This document shows positions 48,457 through 57,407 of a DNA stretch of 64,000 bases, piece by piece. The stretch is taken from the NCBI GenBank assembly GCA_017396845.1, contig JAFQKQ010000107.1, positions 3,453 to 67,452 of the forward strand. Reading direction: 5' to 3'. Below the pieces are notes generated by a model. That model was not told where the DNA came from, did not search any database, and was given only the letters and a program-made list of their open reading frames with translations. Both the position numbers and the translations under genes were made by a program. The DNA is from Clostridia bacterium. Lineage in GTDB: Bacteria > Bacillota > Clostridia > Christensenellales > Aristaeellaceae. Numbering within the stretch: position 1 is the first letter of the stretch; each line of letters begins with the position of its first letter.

Positions 48457-48495
48457 AAACCCCTGCTTTCGATTTTGCACCGAAAGCAGGGGTTT
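48457..48495. terminator. bidirectional terminator between the SGNH and AraC-type genes
   Basis: A perfect 15-bp stem, AAACCCCTGCTTTCG...CGAAAGCAGGGGTTT. Confidence 0.75.
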
Positions 48496-48535
48496 GTAGG
48501 TTATATCGCTTCGAGCGCCGCATTCCTGATAAATA

Positions 48536-50740
48536 TCATCCGCCCGCGTCTATTTCCCGGTGCGTGGTCGGCGAAACGCCCCACTTTCGGCGGAAAGCCT
48601 TGTAGAACGTGGTGGTGTTGGCATATCCCACCATTTCGGCTACATCCTTTACCGGAAGCGTAGAGGAAGACAACAGCGTTTCCGCTTCCGTAAGGCGGAT
48701 ATTTTCAAGATACGCGGAATAAGTAACGCCCATGTGCGCCTTGAAAAAGCGCGACATCATACTTTCCGACATATCAAACAGATCTGCTAGCGCGGTAAGC
48801 GACAGCGCGGGGTTGGCGTAATTCTCCTGCAGATAAATCTTAATCGACTGCGCCAGATCGTTTTCCGAATCCTCTTTCCTTCCGCCAATGGAGGAAACCG
48901 CGTAATGAACGGCGTTTCTCAATAGCGAAAGCACATGGGTAAAGGGCAGTGCATCGGGGTACTCGGAGAGGGTCGCGCGGATGGCGGAAAGATCGTATTG
49001 ACCGCTCAGCCGCATCAGTATTCCGCGGATATCATAGAAGAATTGACGGCATACCTCTCTTTCCCGGTACAGGGTAAGTTCCTCTCCGAACTCCTTTTTT
49101 GCAATCGCATCATAATAGGCGCACGCATCCTCCTCGGATCCTGCCATTATGAGCCGGTTCAGATGGTCGATATCCTCCATTGAAATGCCGTACACTTCAT
49201 AACCGTTTCTCTTTTCCGTGAACCGAACGCCGCTCAAATTCCATGCGCGGAGTTCCCGAAGCTCGTTATATGCGTCATTAAACGCAGTGTGGATATAATC
49301 AAGACCCTTCGCAGATTCGGAAACGCCCACTGCAAATTTACGATCCTTTATACACTCTTCAAGCGCCGTAAGCACCTGCTCAAGCTCCTCCGAAAGCGCC
49401 TGCATACTTTCTTCGCTGTCTTCGCATATATGAAGCACTGCAAATACGCCCGGATCCACCGAATATACCATTGCGTCGCCGAAATACTGCTTTAACAGTG
49501 TTTCGCATTTGGAAATATGTCCTTCGTCCATCGCCTCCGGCCCGGTGTCCGATACGACCGCCACGCGAATTCTGCTTTCCGCATGAAACTGAGAAACGGA
49601 TTTCAGCGCTGTGCGTTCAGCGGGCGTTAAGTACTCGCTTCTCAAAAGCTTATCCATTAAAGCCGTCCGAAGCGCGGGCTTAAGCATAACAAGATTTTCG
49701 GATATGCGTTGGTATTCGTTTTCAAACTGATAAAAGGACGTATGTCCGTAATACTGGAGGCGGCGGGTGAGCTTCTGCATCGGGAAGGCCAGATACACGG
49801 AGAAGAGAGCCACAAGCACAAGCAGCATAATTAAAATCACGTACAATAAGAGCTTCAAAAACTTTGTAAAGCCTGAAATCTGCGAAACAATACTGTCATC
49901 GCTTACGGAAAGATAGATCGTCGTTCCGAGAAAGTCTATTCTTTTAGAGATAAATGTGGTTTTCAGTTCGTCATTGTAAAACAGATTCTCTTCGCCTTCC
50001 GGGAGAGGGAGGTATTCATACAGCACACGGTTTCGCGATACAAGCCCCGCAGGCTCGCCTACCTGGTTCCCGTTGATCGCCATTTCAAACATCTTTTCAA
50101 CATTCAGCTGAAGTACAACATAAACATCGTCGGGAACATTGCTGAGCGGCTGGATATAAAAGCAGGATAAATATACCTCTCCGTCGTTATATGCGTAAAA
50201 GGCGTGCGTTAACCGCCTTACGTATTGCGTGGAAACATTCCCGCGAAGAATGGCAAGGAATTCCTCCGCCGATTCTCCCTGGGCGCCGATAGAAAGTGAT
50301 TGAACCGCTCGCGGCAGATTATGGTAGATCCCGCCGTCTGCTGCGCAGATAAAGGGACTTTCTCCGTCAAACAGCAGAAACATGCGCGAGATTACGCCAT
50401 TTAGCATTTCTCTATCCGGTTTGACGCTTTGAAGCAGTTTCTTTAGATCTATAAGCTTTGCAAAATCCGCATTGCCCAGCGTTTCTACTTCCTTTAACGC
50501 AACCAATGTCTCATTGTATTTCAGATTTGTCGTCTGGTTTATCAGATTTGAAACCGCGTCGTTTACTTCCCGCGCGCCCTGTTCCAGAAGCGAGGATACA
50601 TGGCTGATGGCGTTATCCTTCATTGTTCTCTGCGCGCCGTTGTACACAAATACATAAATCAAAAGAAAGATTACCAGCACAAAAAAAGCAGTGGCCGTTA
50701 CATGCGTTATGGGGCGCAGACGCGATGATCTGTTCGTCAT
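48536..50740 (-). CDS. membrane-embedded AraC-family one-component regulator: two TM helices flank an extracytoplasmic domain of about 260 aa, with a C-terminal AraC HTH
   Basis: The TM helices are ATAFFVLVIFLLIYVFVY and LLLYVILIMLLVLVALFSVYLAF. The C-terminus ...VKDVAEMVGYANTTTFYKAFRRKWGVSP is an AraC HTH. Confidence 0.85.
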   Translation of the reverse strand: MTNRSSRLRPITHVTATAFFVLVIFLLIYVFVYNGAQRTMKDNAISHVSSLLEQGAREVNDAVSNLINQTTNLKYNETLVALKEVETLGNADFAKLIDLKKLLQSVKPDREMLNGVISRMFLLFDGESPFICAADGGIYHNLPRAVQSLSIGAQGESAEEFLAILRGNVSTQYVRRLTHAFYAYNDGEVYLSCFYIQPLSNVPDDVYVVLQLNVEKMFEMAINGNQVGEPAGLVSRNRVLYEYLPLPEGEENLFYNDELKTTFISKRIDFLGTTIYLSVSDDSIVSQISGFTKFLKLLLYVILIMLLVLVALFSVYLAFPMQKLTRRLQYYGHTSFYQFENEYQRISENLVMLKPALRTALMDKLLRSEYLTPAERTALKSVSQFHAESRIRVAVVSDTGPEAMDEGHISKCETLLKQYFGDAMVYSVDPGVFAVLHICEDSEESMQALSEELEQVLTALEECIKDRKFAVGVSESAKGLDYIHTAFNDAYNELRELRAWNLSGVRFTEKRNGYEVYGISMEDIDHLNRLIMAGSEEDACAYYDAIAKKEFGEELTLYREREVCRQFFYDIRGILMRLSGQYDLSAIRATLSEYPDALPFTHVLSLLRNAVHYAVSSIGGRKEDSENDLAQSIKIYLQENYANPALSLTALADLFDMSESMMSRFFKAHMGVTYSAYLENIRLTEAETLLSSSTLPVKDVAEMVGYANTTTFYKAFRRKWGVSPTTHREIDAGG

Positions 50741-51016
50741 GTAATAACCGCCTTTCCTGTACTGATTTCATCATAACGTTAAATATATATCTTAAATAGC
50801 ATCTTATTATATAAATTTTCACGAGTTCAGTCAATAGAATGAAAAAATTTACCGATCTGCAAGAAAGTTACGGTCGTTATCTGCATCATATGCATGCATT
50901 TTACGCACATGCAACAATTGGCACTTGTGATTAAACCATCGAGATGATATTGTGAACATACGCATAAACGGTATAGATCAAGGTGTAATTCGTCTCAAGA
51001 TTAGGAGGAATGCCCA

Positions 51017-51964
51017 GTGACCACCCCATCCTCCCGCAAGATAGTTCCCAAGCACAGCAGTCTCCTTACGCGTATCCGGCGCACCCGTGCGCTGTATATG
51101 CTCCTTATCCCCGCTATCGTGTTTTTAATTGTTTTCCATTACTACCCCATGTACGGCGCGATTATCGCTTTTAAAAACTATACCATTTCCGGCGGCATAC
51201 TGGGCAGCGAATGGGTGGGCTTAAAAAACTTTCAGAAGTTCATCAATTATTATGAATTCCCGCTGATCCTGAAAAATACGCTCCGAATTTCCATATACAC
51301 AATCACCGCTTCCTTCTTTATAAAGCTCATCCTTTCGCTTTCGCTCAACTGCATGCGCTTAGAGGGCTATAAGAAAATAGTGCAGACCGTTACCTACATG
51401 CCGCACTTTATATCCACCGTTGTTATCGTAGGTATTCTCATTCGCTTTTTCAATCCCTCTATCGGTCCGATTTCAAAGCTTATTCAATCCCTGGGCGGCA
51501 CAAACCGCGATTTGATGGGCGTATCGGAAGCGGTTCCTCACATATATGTATGGTCAGGCATATGGCAGAATGCCGGCTGGTCAACCATACTGTATCTTGC
51601 AACGCTTTCCAGTGTCGACCCAACGCTTCATGAAGCCGCGATTGTCGACGGCGCAACGCGCATGCACCGCGTATGGCATATCGATCTTCCCACCCTCATT
51701 CCTACTATTGTAATTACCCTTATTATGGATATGGGCAGAGTAATGAGCGTGGGCGCCGATAAAATGCTGCTTATGCAGAACAGCCTGAATCTCTCCACTA
51801 CCCAGATCATTTCCACCTATGTATACGGCGTTGGCATCGCTTCCGCATCTCCGCAGTATTCCTACGGCGCGGCAATCAGCCTTTTCAACACCGTAATCAA
51901 CTTCTCGCTTCTTATGATTGTGAACACCATCAGCAAGAAGCTCAATCAGGCCGCATTGTGGTGA
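51017..51964 (+). CDS. carbohydrate ABC transporter permease (LplB-like)
   Basis: A polytopic protein with the EAA loop HEAAIVDGATRMHRVWHIDLP. The GTG start lies 8 nt after AGGAGG. Confidence 0.9.
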   Translation: MTTPSSRKIVPKHSSLLTRIRRTRALYMLLIPAIVFLIVFHYYPMYGAIIAFKNYTISGGILGSEWVGLKNFQKFINYYEFPLILKNTLRISIYTITASFFIKLILSLSLNCMRLEGYKKIVQTVTYMPHFISTVVIVGILIRFFNPSIGPISKLIQSLGGTNRDLMGVSEAVPHIYVWSGIWQNAGWSTILYLATLSSVDPTLHEAAIVDGATRMHRVWHIDLPTLIPTIVITLIMDMGRVMSVGADKMLLMQNSLNLSTTQIISTYVYGVGIASASPQYSYGAAISLFNTVINFSLLMIVNTISKKLNQAALW

Positions 51965-51981
51965 GAAGGGAGAAAAACGAA

Positions 51982-52872
51982 ATGCGCAGCAAAAGCCACA
52001 TCAAAGATACAAAAGGCGAACGGATTTTCTACCTTCTGAACGGTTTATTCCTTACAATCTTTCTGATCTTCACGCTTTATCCGCTTATGTGCGTAATCAG
52101 CGGAGCGATTTCCGATCCCATTCCCGTCGCAAGGGGCGAAGTAACGTTTTATCCGAAGGGCTTCAGCCTTCGCGGCTTTGAAATCAACCTTCAAAACCCG
52201 AAGGTGTTAAGGGGCTTTGGAAACTCTCTTTTCTACACAGTGGTCGGAACGGTATTAAACCTCTTTATCACAGTCATCACCGGCTATGTCATGTCCCGAA
52301 AAGAGCTTCCCGGCCGAACCGCCATTTCCTTTTTCATGGCGTTCACCATGTGGTTTTCGGGCGGTTTGATTCCTACATTCCTGCTCGTTCGCGATCTGGG
52401 TCTTTTTAATACCCGATGGGCGCTGCTTATCCCGGGCATGCTGAACGTATGGAACATGATCGTGTGCCGAACGTTTATCAACTCCACAATTCCCGAAGAA
52501 ATGTTTGAGGCGGCGTCGATCGACGGCTGCGGCTACATGCGTTTCCTGTTTTCCATGGTTCTTCCGCTTTCCAGCGCCATCATCGCCGTGCTCACGCTGT
52601 GGTACGCCATCGGCCATTGGAATTCGTATTTCAACGCGCTCATCTATGTATATGAGCCTGAGCTTCAGCCGCTTCAGCTGTATCTTCGAGCAACTTTGAT
52701 TGAAAATATAGGCGACTTGTCCGATGTAGAGGCTTCTACGGAGTCTTTGGGCATTCAGGAGCTGATCAAGAATTCCCTGATTCTGATAGCATGTCTCCCC
52801 CTTTGGATTCTCTACCCGTTTGTCCAGAAATTCTTTGTAAAGGGCGTAATGATCGGCTCGGTCAAAGGATAA
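51982..52872 (+). CDS. carbohydrate ABC transporter permease (LplC-like)
   Basis: The EAA loop is FEAASIDGCGYMRFLFSMVLP. The ATG at 51982 follows AAGGGAG. Confidence 0.9.
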   Translation: MRSKSHIKDTKGERIFYLLNGLFLTIFLIFTLYPLMCVISGAISDPIPVARGEVTFYPKGFSLRGFEINLQNPKVLRGFGNSLFYTVVGTVLNLFITVITGYVMSRKELPGRTAISFFMAFTMWFSGGLIPTFLLVRDLGLFNTRWALLIPGMLNVWNMIVCRTFINSTIPEEMFEAASIDGCGYMRFLFSMVLPLSSAIIAVLTLWYAIGHWNSYFNALIYVYEPELQPLQLYLRATLIENIGDLSDVEASTESLGIQELIKNSLILIACLPLWILYPFVQKFFVKGVMIGSVKG

Positions 52873-52917
52873 TCGGCGAATGGAATTCGCTGAATATAAA
52901 ACTAAGGAGGTTCTACC

Positions 52918-54507
52918 ATGTTCAAGAAGCTCGTATCTCTGCTGCTCGCTATTTCGATGATGGTAATAGCGTTCGGCGCGTTCGCAGAAGTGACCCCAAA
53001 GGGCACGCTCCCGATCGTAAATGAACCCATCACCCTCACCGTTGCAATCCCGGTAGCCGCCAAGTGCGAAGACATTCACACCAATGCGTTCACCCTCTGG
53101 ATTGAAGAAAAAACCGGCATCGATCTTGAAATTATTGAGCTCGCTCCCACCGATACCGCAACGCAGGTAAACACCATCATGCTTTCGGGCAATCTTCCCG
53201 ACATGTTTATGTGCTACTACTTCGGCTATGATGAGCTGGCTTCCTACGTAGACGCAGGCTACATTACCGATCTTACGGAATATGTTGAGGAATACGGCGA
53301 CGAGTATTATAAATTCCTCGAAGAGACTTCCATCTATGGAAACGGCGAAGCACACGTAACGATTAACGGAAGAATTTACGGCGTTCCCACCATGGCTGAC
53401 ATCGTTACATCGATCTACGCCACGAACCACCTGATGATGAACGGCCTGTTCCTTGATGCGCTTGACGCGGAAATGCCGACTACGCTTGACGAGCTGTACG
53501 ATCTGCTTGTTCGAATCCGCGATGAGGATGTCAACGGCAACGGCGATCCCGACGACGAAATTCCGCTGAGCGGTTCCACCAACCGCGATTTCCTGATTGA
53601 GCAGATCGGCGGCGCATTCCAGTACACCGACAAAGAAACCTACCTTAAGGTAAACGACGGCGAAGTTGAATTCATCGGCGCAAACGACGAATTCCATCAG
53701 ACGGTTGAGTTCCTTAAGCAGCTTCTCGATGAAGGCCTCCTCGATCCCGCTTTCTTTACGCAGGACGACGCGGCGCTCCTCACTCTGAACACACAGGAAT
53801 ATCCGCTGATCGGCGTAAACGGAAGCTACATTTCCAATCAGTACGATGCATCTACCGACCTTATGGCCAGCCTGAACATCGCTCCGAACCTTGAGGGCCC
53901 CGACGGATACGTATCCTCCAACGTAATCACTCCTACCTTTGATCGCTCCATCGTCATTACCACTGCCTGCGAAAATGTAGACGCAGCTTTCCGCCTTGCA
54001 GATTTCTTGCTTTCCGAAGAAGCCGCCATGTACGGCCGTGTTGGCAGAGAAGGCATTGAGTGGGCATACGCCGATCCCGCGAAGGGACTCAACGGCAGAA
54101 ACGGCCAGCCCGCGAAGTACGAGCTTCTTAAGCCCCAGGAGTGGATCCTTCCCTCCACCAACGTTATCTGGCGCTGCAACGGCTTCAGCCATGTAGACGT
54201 ATTCAACTACATCGGCGAGGATCCCAACGGCATGACCGGAAGACTGGCAAAGGCTGTTTCCGATTATGACCTCGTAGCGCAGACCAGCAACGAAGCGCTC
54301 CCGCAGCTTCTGATGGATCCCGAGACCAGCGCTGAATACAAAGAGCTTCAGAAGCTCATTTGCAACTATGTAAATGAGAACTATGCCAAGTTCGTACTCG
54401 GCGACCGCTCCATGGACGAGTGGGACGCCTACGTTCAGACGCTTGAAGAGATCGGCATTGAAAGATACGTGCAGATCGCTCAGGAAGCCTACGACGCAAT
54501 GAACTAA
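52918..54507 (+). CDS. large (529 aa) extracellular solute-binding protein (LplA-like, family 1)
   Basis: It has a signal sequence, the size and composition typical of oligosaccharide-binding SBPs, and an AAGGAGG RBS. Confidence 0.85.
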   Translation: MFKKLVSLLLAISMMVIAFGAFAEVTPKGTLPIVNEPITLTVAIPVAAKCEDIHTNAFTLWIEEKTGIDLEIIELAPTDTATQVNTIMLSGNLPDMFMCYYFGYDELASYVDAGYITDLTEYVEEYGDEYYKFLEETSIYGNGEAHVTINGRIYGVPTMADIVTSIYATNHLMMNGLFLDALDAEMPTTLDELYDLLVRIRDEDVNGNGDPDDEIPLSGSTNRDFLIEQIGGAFQYTDKETYLKVNDGEVEFIGANDEFHQTVEFLKQLLDEGLLDPAFFTQDDAALLTLNTQEYPLIGVNGSYISNQYDASTDLMASLNIAPNLEGPDGYVSSNVITPTFDRSIVITTACENVDAAFRLADFLLSEEAAMYGRVGREGIEWAYADPAKGLNGRNGQPAKYELLKPQEWILPSTNVIWRCNGFSHVDVFNYIGEDPNGMTGRLAKAVSDYDLVAQTSNEALPQLLMDPETSAEYKELQKLICNYVNENYAKFVLGDRSMDEWDAYVQTLEEIGIERYVQIAQEAYDAMN

Positions 54508-54611
54508 AAATGCATCCGCCCGTTCCCGATTGTATACCCTGCATGAAGTGAACGGCAAAAACAAGCGAAGCTTCGTTTTTCAACTTCCCGCTCCGCCTTA
54601 GGATGGGATCG

Positions 54612-54631
54612 TCAAACGAAGCTTCGTTTGA
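54612..54631. repeat. perfect 20-bp palindrome TCAAACGAAG|CTTCGTTTGA
   Basis: Read directly from the sequence. A related copy (AAGCGAAGCTTCGTTTTT) lies at about 54563-54580. Confidence 0.9.
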
Positions 54632-54813
54632 AGCCTATGTATGGATGATTTTCCCGGGAGCGACCACCGGGGGCGGTTGATCTGACATGGCGCGTCCCCT
54701 CGCGGGGGCGCGAACCTGACGTTTGCGCCGTCATGCGGTTGCCGGCAATAAATAACAGAATCCAATGAAACCGTTATCACATACCGGCCGCTCATGCTTA
54801 AGCTCCATTCCAT

Positions 54814-55058
54814 AGGTCGGCTGAAGGCCGAATAGCGACAGCGATTTGTAAAATCGCCGAGCGTACCCGGCGGCGCTTGCGCTGACGGGCGGTGTAGAGG
54901 TCGGCTGAAGGCCGACTGGCGACAGCGATTTAAAAAATCGCCGAGCGTACCCGGCGGCGCTTGCGCTGACGGGCGGTGTAGAGGTCGGCTGAAGGCCGAC
55001 TGGCGACAGCGATTAAAAAATCGCCGAGCGTACCCGGCGGCGCTTGCGCTGACGGGCG
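54814..55058. repeat. 84-bp tandem repeat, about 2.9 nearly identical copies, each with two hairpins
   Basis: Units start at 54814, 54898 and 54982. Each contains GTCGGC-TGAAG-GCCGAC and GCGATT(T)-loop-(A)AATCGC. It is non-coding and lies between the SBP gene and the glycyl-radical enzyme gene. Confidence 0.95.
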
Positions 55059-55211
55059 AAATAAAAAATGGGCGCCAGGAGGCTTGTAAATCAACAATTT
55101 CTTATTTTATGCAACTTTTCGTTTTTACAACAGCCTCCGGCGGCAAAGCCGCCCGAAAGGGCCGTCCCCTTCGCTTTCACCAAAATAATCTGAATTAAAG
55201 GAGCTTCACAC

Positions 55212-57407
55212 ATGCTTTGGAATCGTTTTCATAAAGACAGAGAATTTTTGGATCTATACGAAAATCCGAATTTCCCGCCGGAGACAGGCGTAATAGATAA
55301 GGATGAGGCATCCAAAGCCGTCGCAAAAATTCAGGGAAGATCACCCGATATTATCAAGGCGAAGGCATGTGCGTTTGTTCTCGAACACTGCGCCATAGAC
55401 GTTAACCCCAAATGCTGGTTCGGCGTAAACGTTGCAGGGCGTGTACCCAGCCTTAAATACGGAGCCAATAATACCATTAATCAGCTGATTGGTAAATTTT
55501 TTAGCGATCAGACAAAGGGAAATCCCATTGAAAAGACGCTTACCGCCATGAGCGAAAGCTACGCAGGCGCAGGCGCGCACTTTCCCGACCACGTGCACTA
55601 TGTGCCCGACTGGGACGCCGTATTGCATCTGGGCTATCCGGGGCTTCTTAAGCGCGCACGCGATTACCGAAATAAACACGATACGCTCACAAATGAGCAG
55701 ATTGATTTCTATGATTCCGTAGAAATCATGCTTACCGCCTGTATACGCTTTATATCCCGCCTTGCCGATCTTGCAGAGGAGAGAATTCAGGAGGATCCGC
55801 GCATGCCGCTTCGCGTAAAATGCCTTCGCTCTCTCGAAAGCGGCGCGCCCAAAGATATTTATGAAGCGATGCAGCTTATGCACATTCATCAGTTTCTCGG
55901 CCAGTTCGTAGAGTGCGCGCAGGTACGCTCGCTCGGCGACATCGACAGGCTCCTGTATCCCTATTTCTTAAAAGACCTCTATCGCGGCGCATACACCCGC
56001 GAACAGGTGAAGGAGCTTTTCCAGTATTTCTTTATTATCTATGATTTCCAGAAGCACTCATATAACCAGCCGGTATCCATCGGCGGTACTGACATATTCG
56101 GAAAAACCGCATTCAACGAGCTTACAGATGTAATTCTGGACGCATATGACGACGCAATGCTCTGTAATCTCAAAATTCATGTATTTGTCGGCGAAAACAC
56201 GCCCGACGCAGTTCTCCGCAAAATGATGGCGATGATACGCAGGGGATACGGCTCATTCGTATTCATGAATACGGATATCGGCATAAAAGCTATGGAAAAA
56301 GCATATGGCATACCCGTTCAGCCGCATATGCTCGGCTCTCAGGGCTGCTATAACTTTAATATCAAGGCATATCCCCAGCACTCGAATCAAACTCGCATCA
56401 ACCTTGTAAAAGCGATTGAGCTTGCATTCTTTGAGGGCGTTGACCCGCTTTCCGGTCATGAAATCGGCGCAAAGACGATGCCGGTTGAAAACATGAAGAG
56501 CTTTGCCGATTTCAAAGAGGCGTTTGAAGCGCAGATAGATTCTCTTACCAATCAGCATATAGAAATCTGTGATTTCTACGACGGCATCATGGGCAAGGTC
56601 AATCCCACGCCGCTTATGTCCTCGACTTTCGATTTCAGCATGGAAGCGGGCAAAAGCTGCTTTGAATTCGGTTCCACATCCGTACTCATGATGGGAATCG
56701 GCACCACGGCGGACTGCCTGATGATGGTGAAAAAGCATGTGTTTGACCAAAAGGACGTATCCATTACAACGCTGCGCGACGCGCTCAAGGCCGACTGGCA
56801 GGGCTATGAAGAGCTTCAAAGGATGCTGTACAGCGATCCTGAAAAGTACGGAAACAATCTGGACGAGCCCGACAGATTTGCCGTAGAACTTTCCGAAAAC
56901 ATGATCCGGCGCGTGACCGGCAGAAAGAATAAAAGAGGCGGCCAGTTCATCTGCCACTTTGAAACCATCGACCGCTGCTTCCGTTCCGGAAGAGTGACAG
57001 GCGCAACCCCCGACGGAAAATTTGCCAGAAAGCCTTTTTCCAAGAACTTGAACGCCGCTTTCGGGCAGGACAGAAACGGCTTGACCGCAATGATTCTGTC
57101 CGCCTCCAAGTTCGATACGACCCTCATGCCCATCGGTGCGCCCGTCGACTTTATGCTGCACCCCTCCGCAACCAAGGGCGAAGAAGGACTTGACGCGATG
57201 ATTCAGATTCTGAGAACGTTTAATTCGCTCGGCGGCTACGCGCTTCAGGGCAACGTGCTCGACGCGAACGTACTGCGCGAAGCACAGAAGCATCCGGAGT
57301 TGTATAAAAATCTGCAGGTGCGCGTCAGCGGATGGAACTGGAACTTTGTGGACATGACCAAGGAATATCAGGATACATTCATCATGCAGGCGGAAGCATG
57401 CGTATGA
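55212..57407 (+). CDS. glycyl radical enzyme (PFL2/glycerol-dehydratase-like superfamily), substrate unknown
   Basis: The C-terminal fingerprint is LQVRVSGWNWNF (RVxG[FWY]). The candidate thiyl Cys is C379 in GSQGCYNF. RBS AAAGGAG. Confidence 0.9.
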   Translation: MLWNRFHKDREFLDLYENPNFPPETGVIDKDEASKAVAKIQGRSPDIIKAKACAFVLEHCAIDVNPKCWFGVNVAGRVPSLKYGANNTINQLIGKFFSDQTKGNPIEKTLTAMSESYAGAGAHFPDHVHYVPDWDAVLHLGYPGLLKRARDYRNKHDTLTNEQIDFYDSVEIMLTACIRFISRLADLAEERIQEDPRMPLRVKCLRSLESGAPKDIYEAMQLMHIHQFLGQFVECAQVRSLGDIDRLLYPYFLKDLYRGAYTREQVKELFQYFFIIYDFQKHSYNQPVSIGGTDIFGKTAFNELTDVILDAYDDAMLCNLKIHVFVGENTPDAVLRKMMAMIRRGYGSFVFMNTDIGIKAMEKAYGIPVQPHMLGSQGCYNFNIKAYPQHSNQTRINLVKAIELAFFEGVDPLSGHEIGAKTMPVENMKSFADFKEAFEAQIDSLTNQHIEICDFYDGIMGKVNPTPLMSSTFDFSMEAGKSCFEFGSTSVLMMGIGTTADCLMMVKKHVFDQKDVSITTLRDALKADWQGYEELQRMLYSDPEKYGNNLDEPDRFAVELSENMIRRVTGRKNKRGGQFICHFETIDRCFRSGRVTGATPDGKFARKPFSKNLNAAFGQDRNGLTAMILSASKFDTTLMPIGAPVDFMLHPSATKGEEGLDAMIQILRTFNSLGGYALQGNVLDANVLREAQKHPELYKNLQVRVSGWNWNFVDMTKEYQDTFIMQAEACV

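Noticed and set aside
52255-54564. A 769-aa ORF on the minus strand spanning the binding-protein gene and part of a permease gene.
   Set aside because: - It is exactly codon-aligned antisense to the sense genes, with the same triplet boundaries as 52918 and 51982.
- It therefore stays open only because the sense strand avoids TTA, CTA and TCA codons.
- The translation is low-complexity, and there is no RBS or recognisable domain.
54814-55058. The possibility that the 84-bp repeats form a CRISPR array.
   Set aside because: - The whole 84-bp unit is repeated nearly identically, so there are no unique spacers.
- There are only about 3 copies.
- No cas genes occur anywhere in the window.
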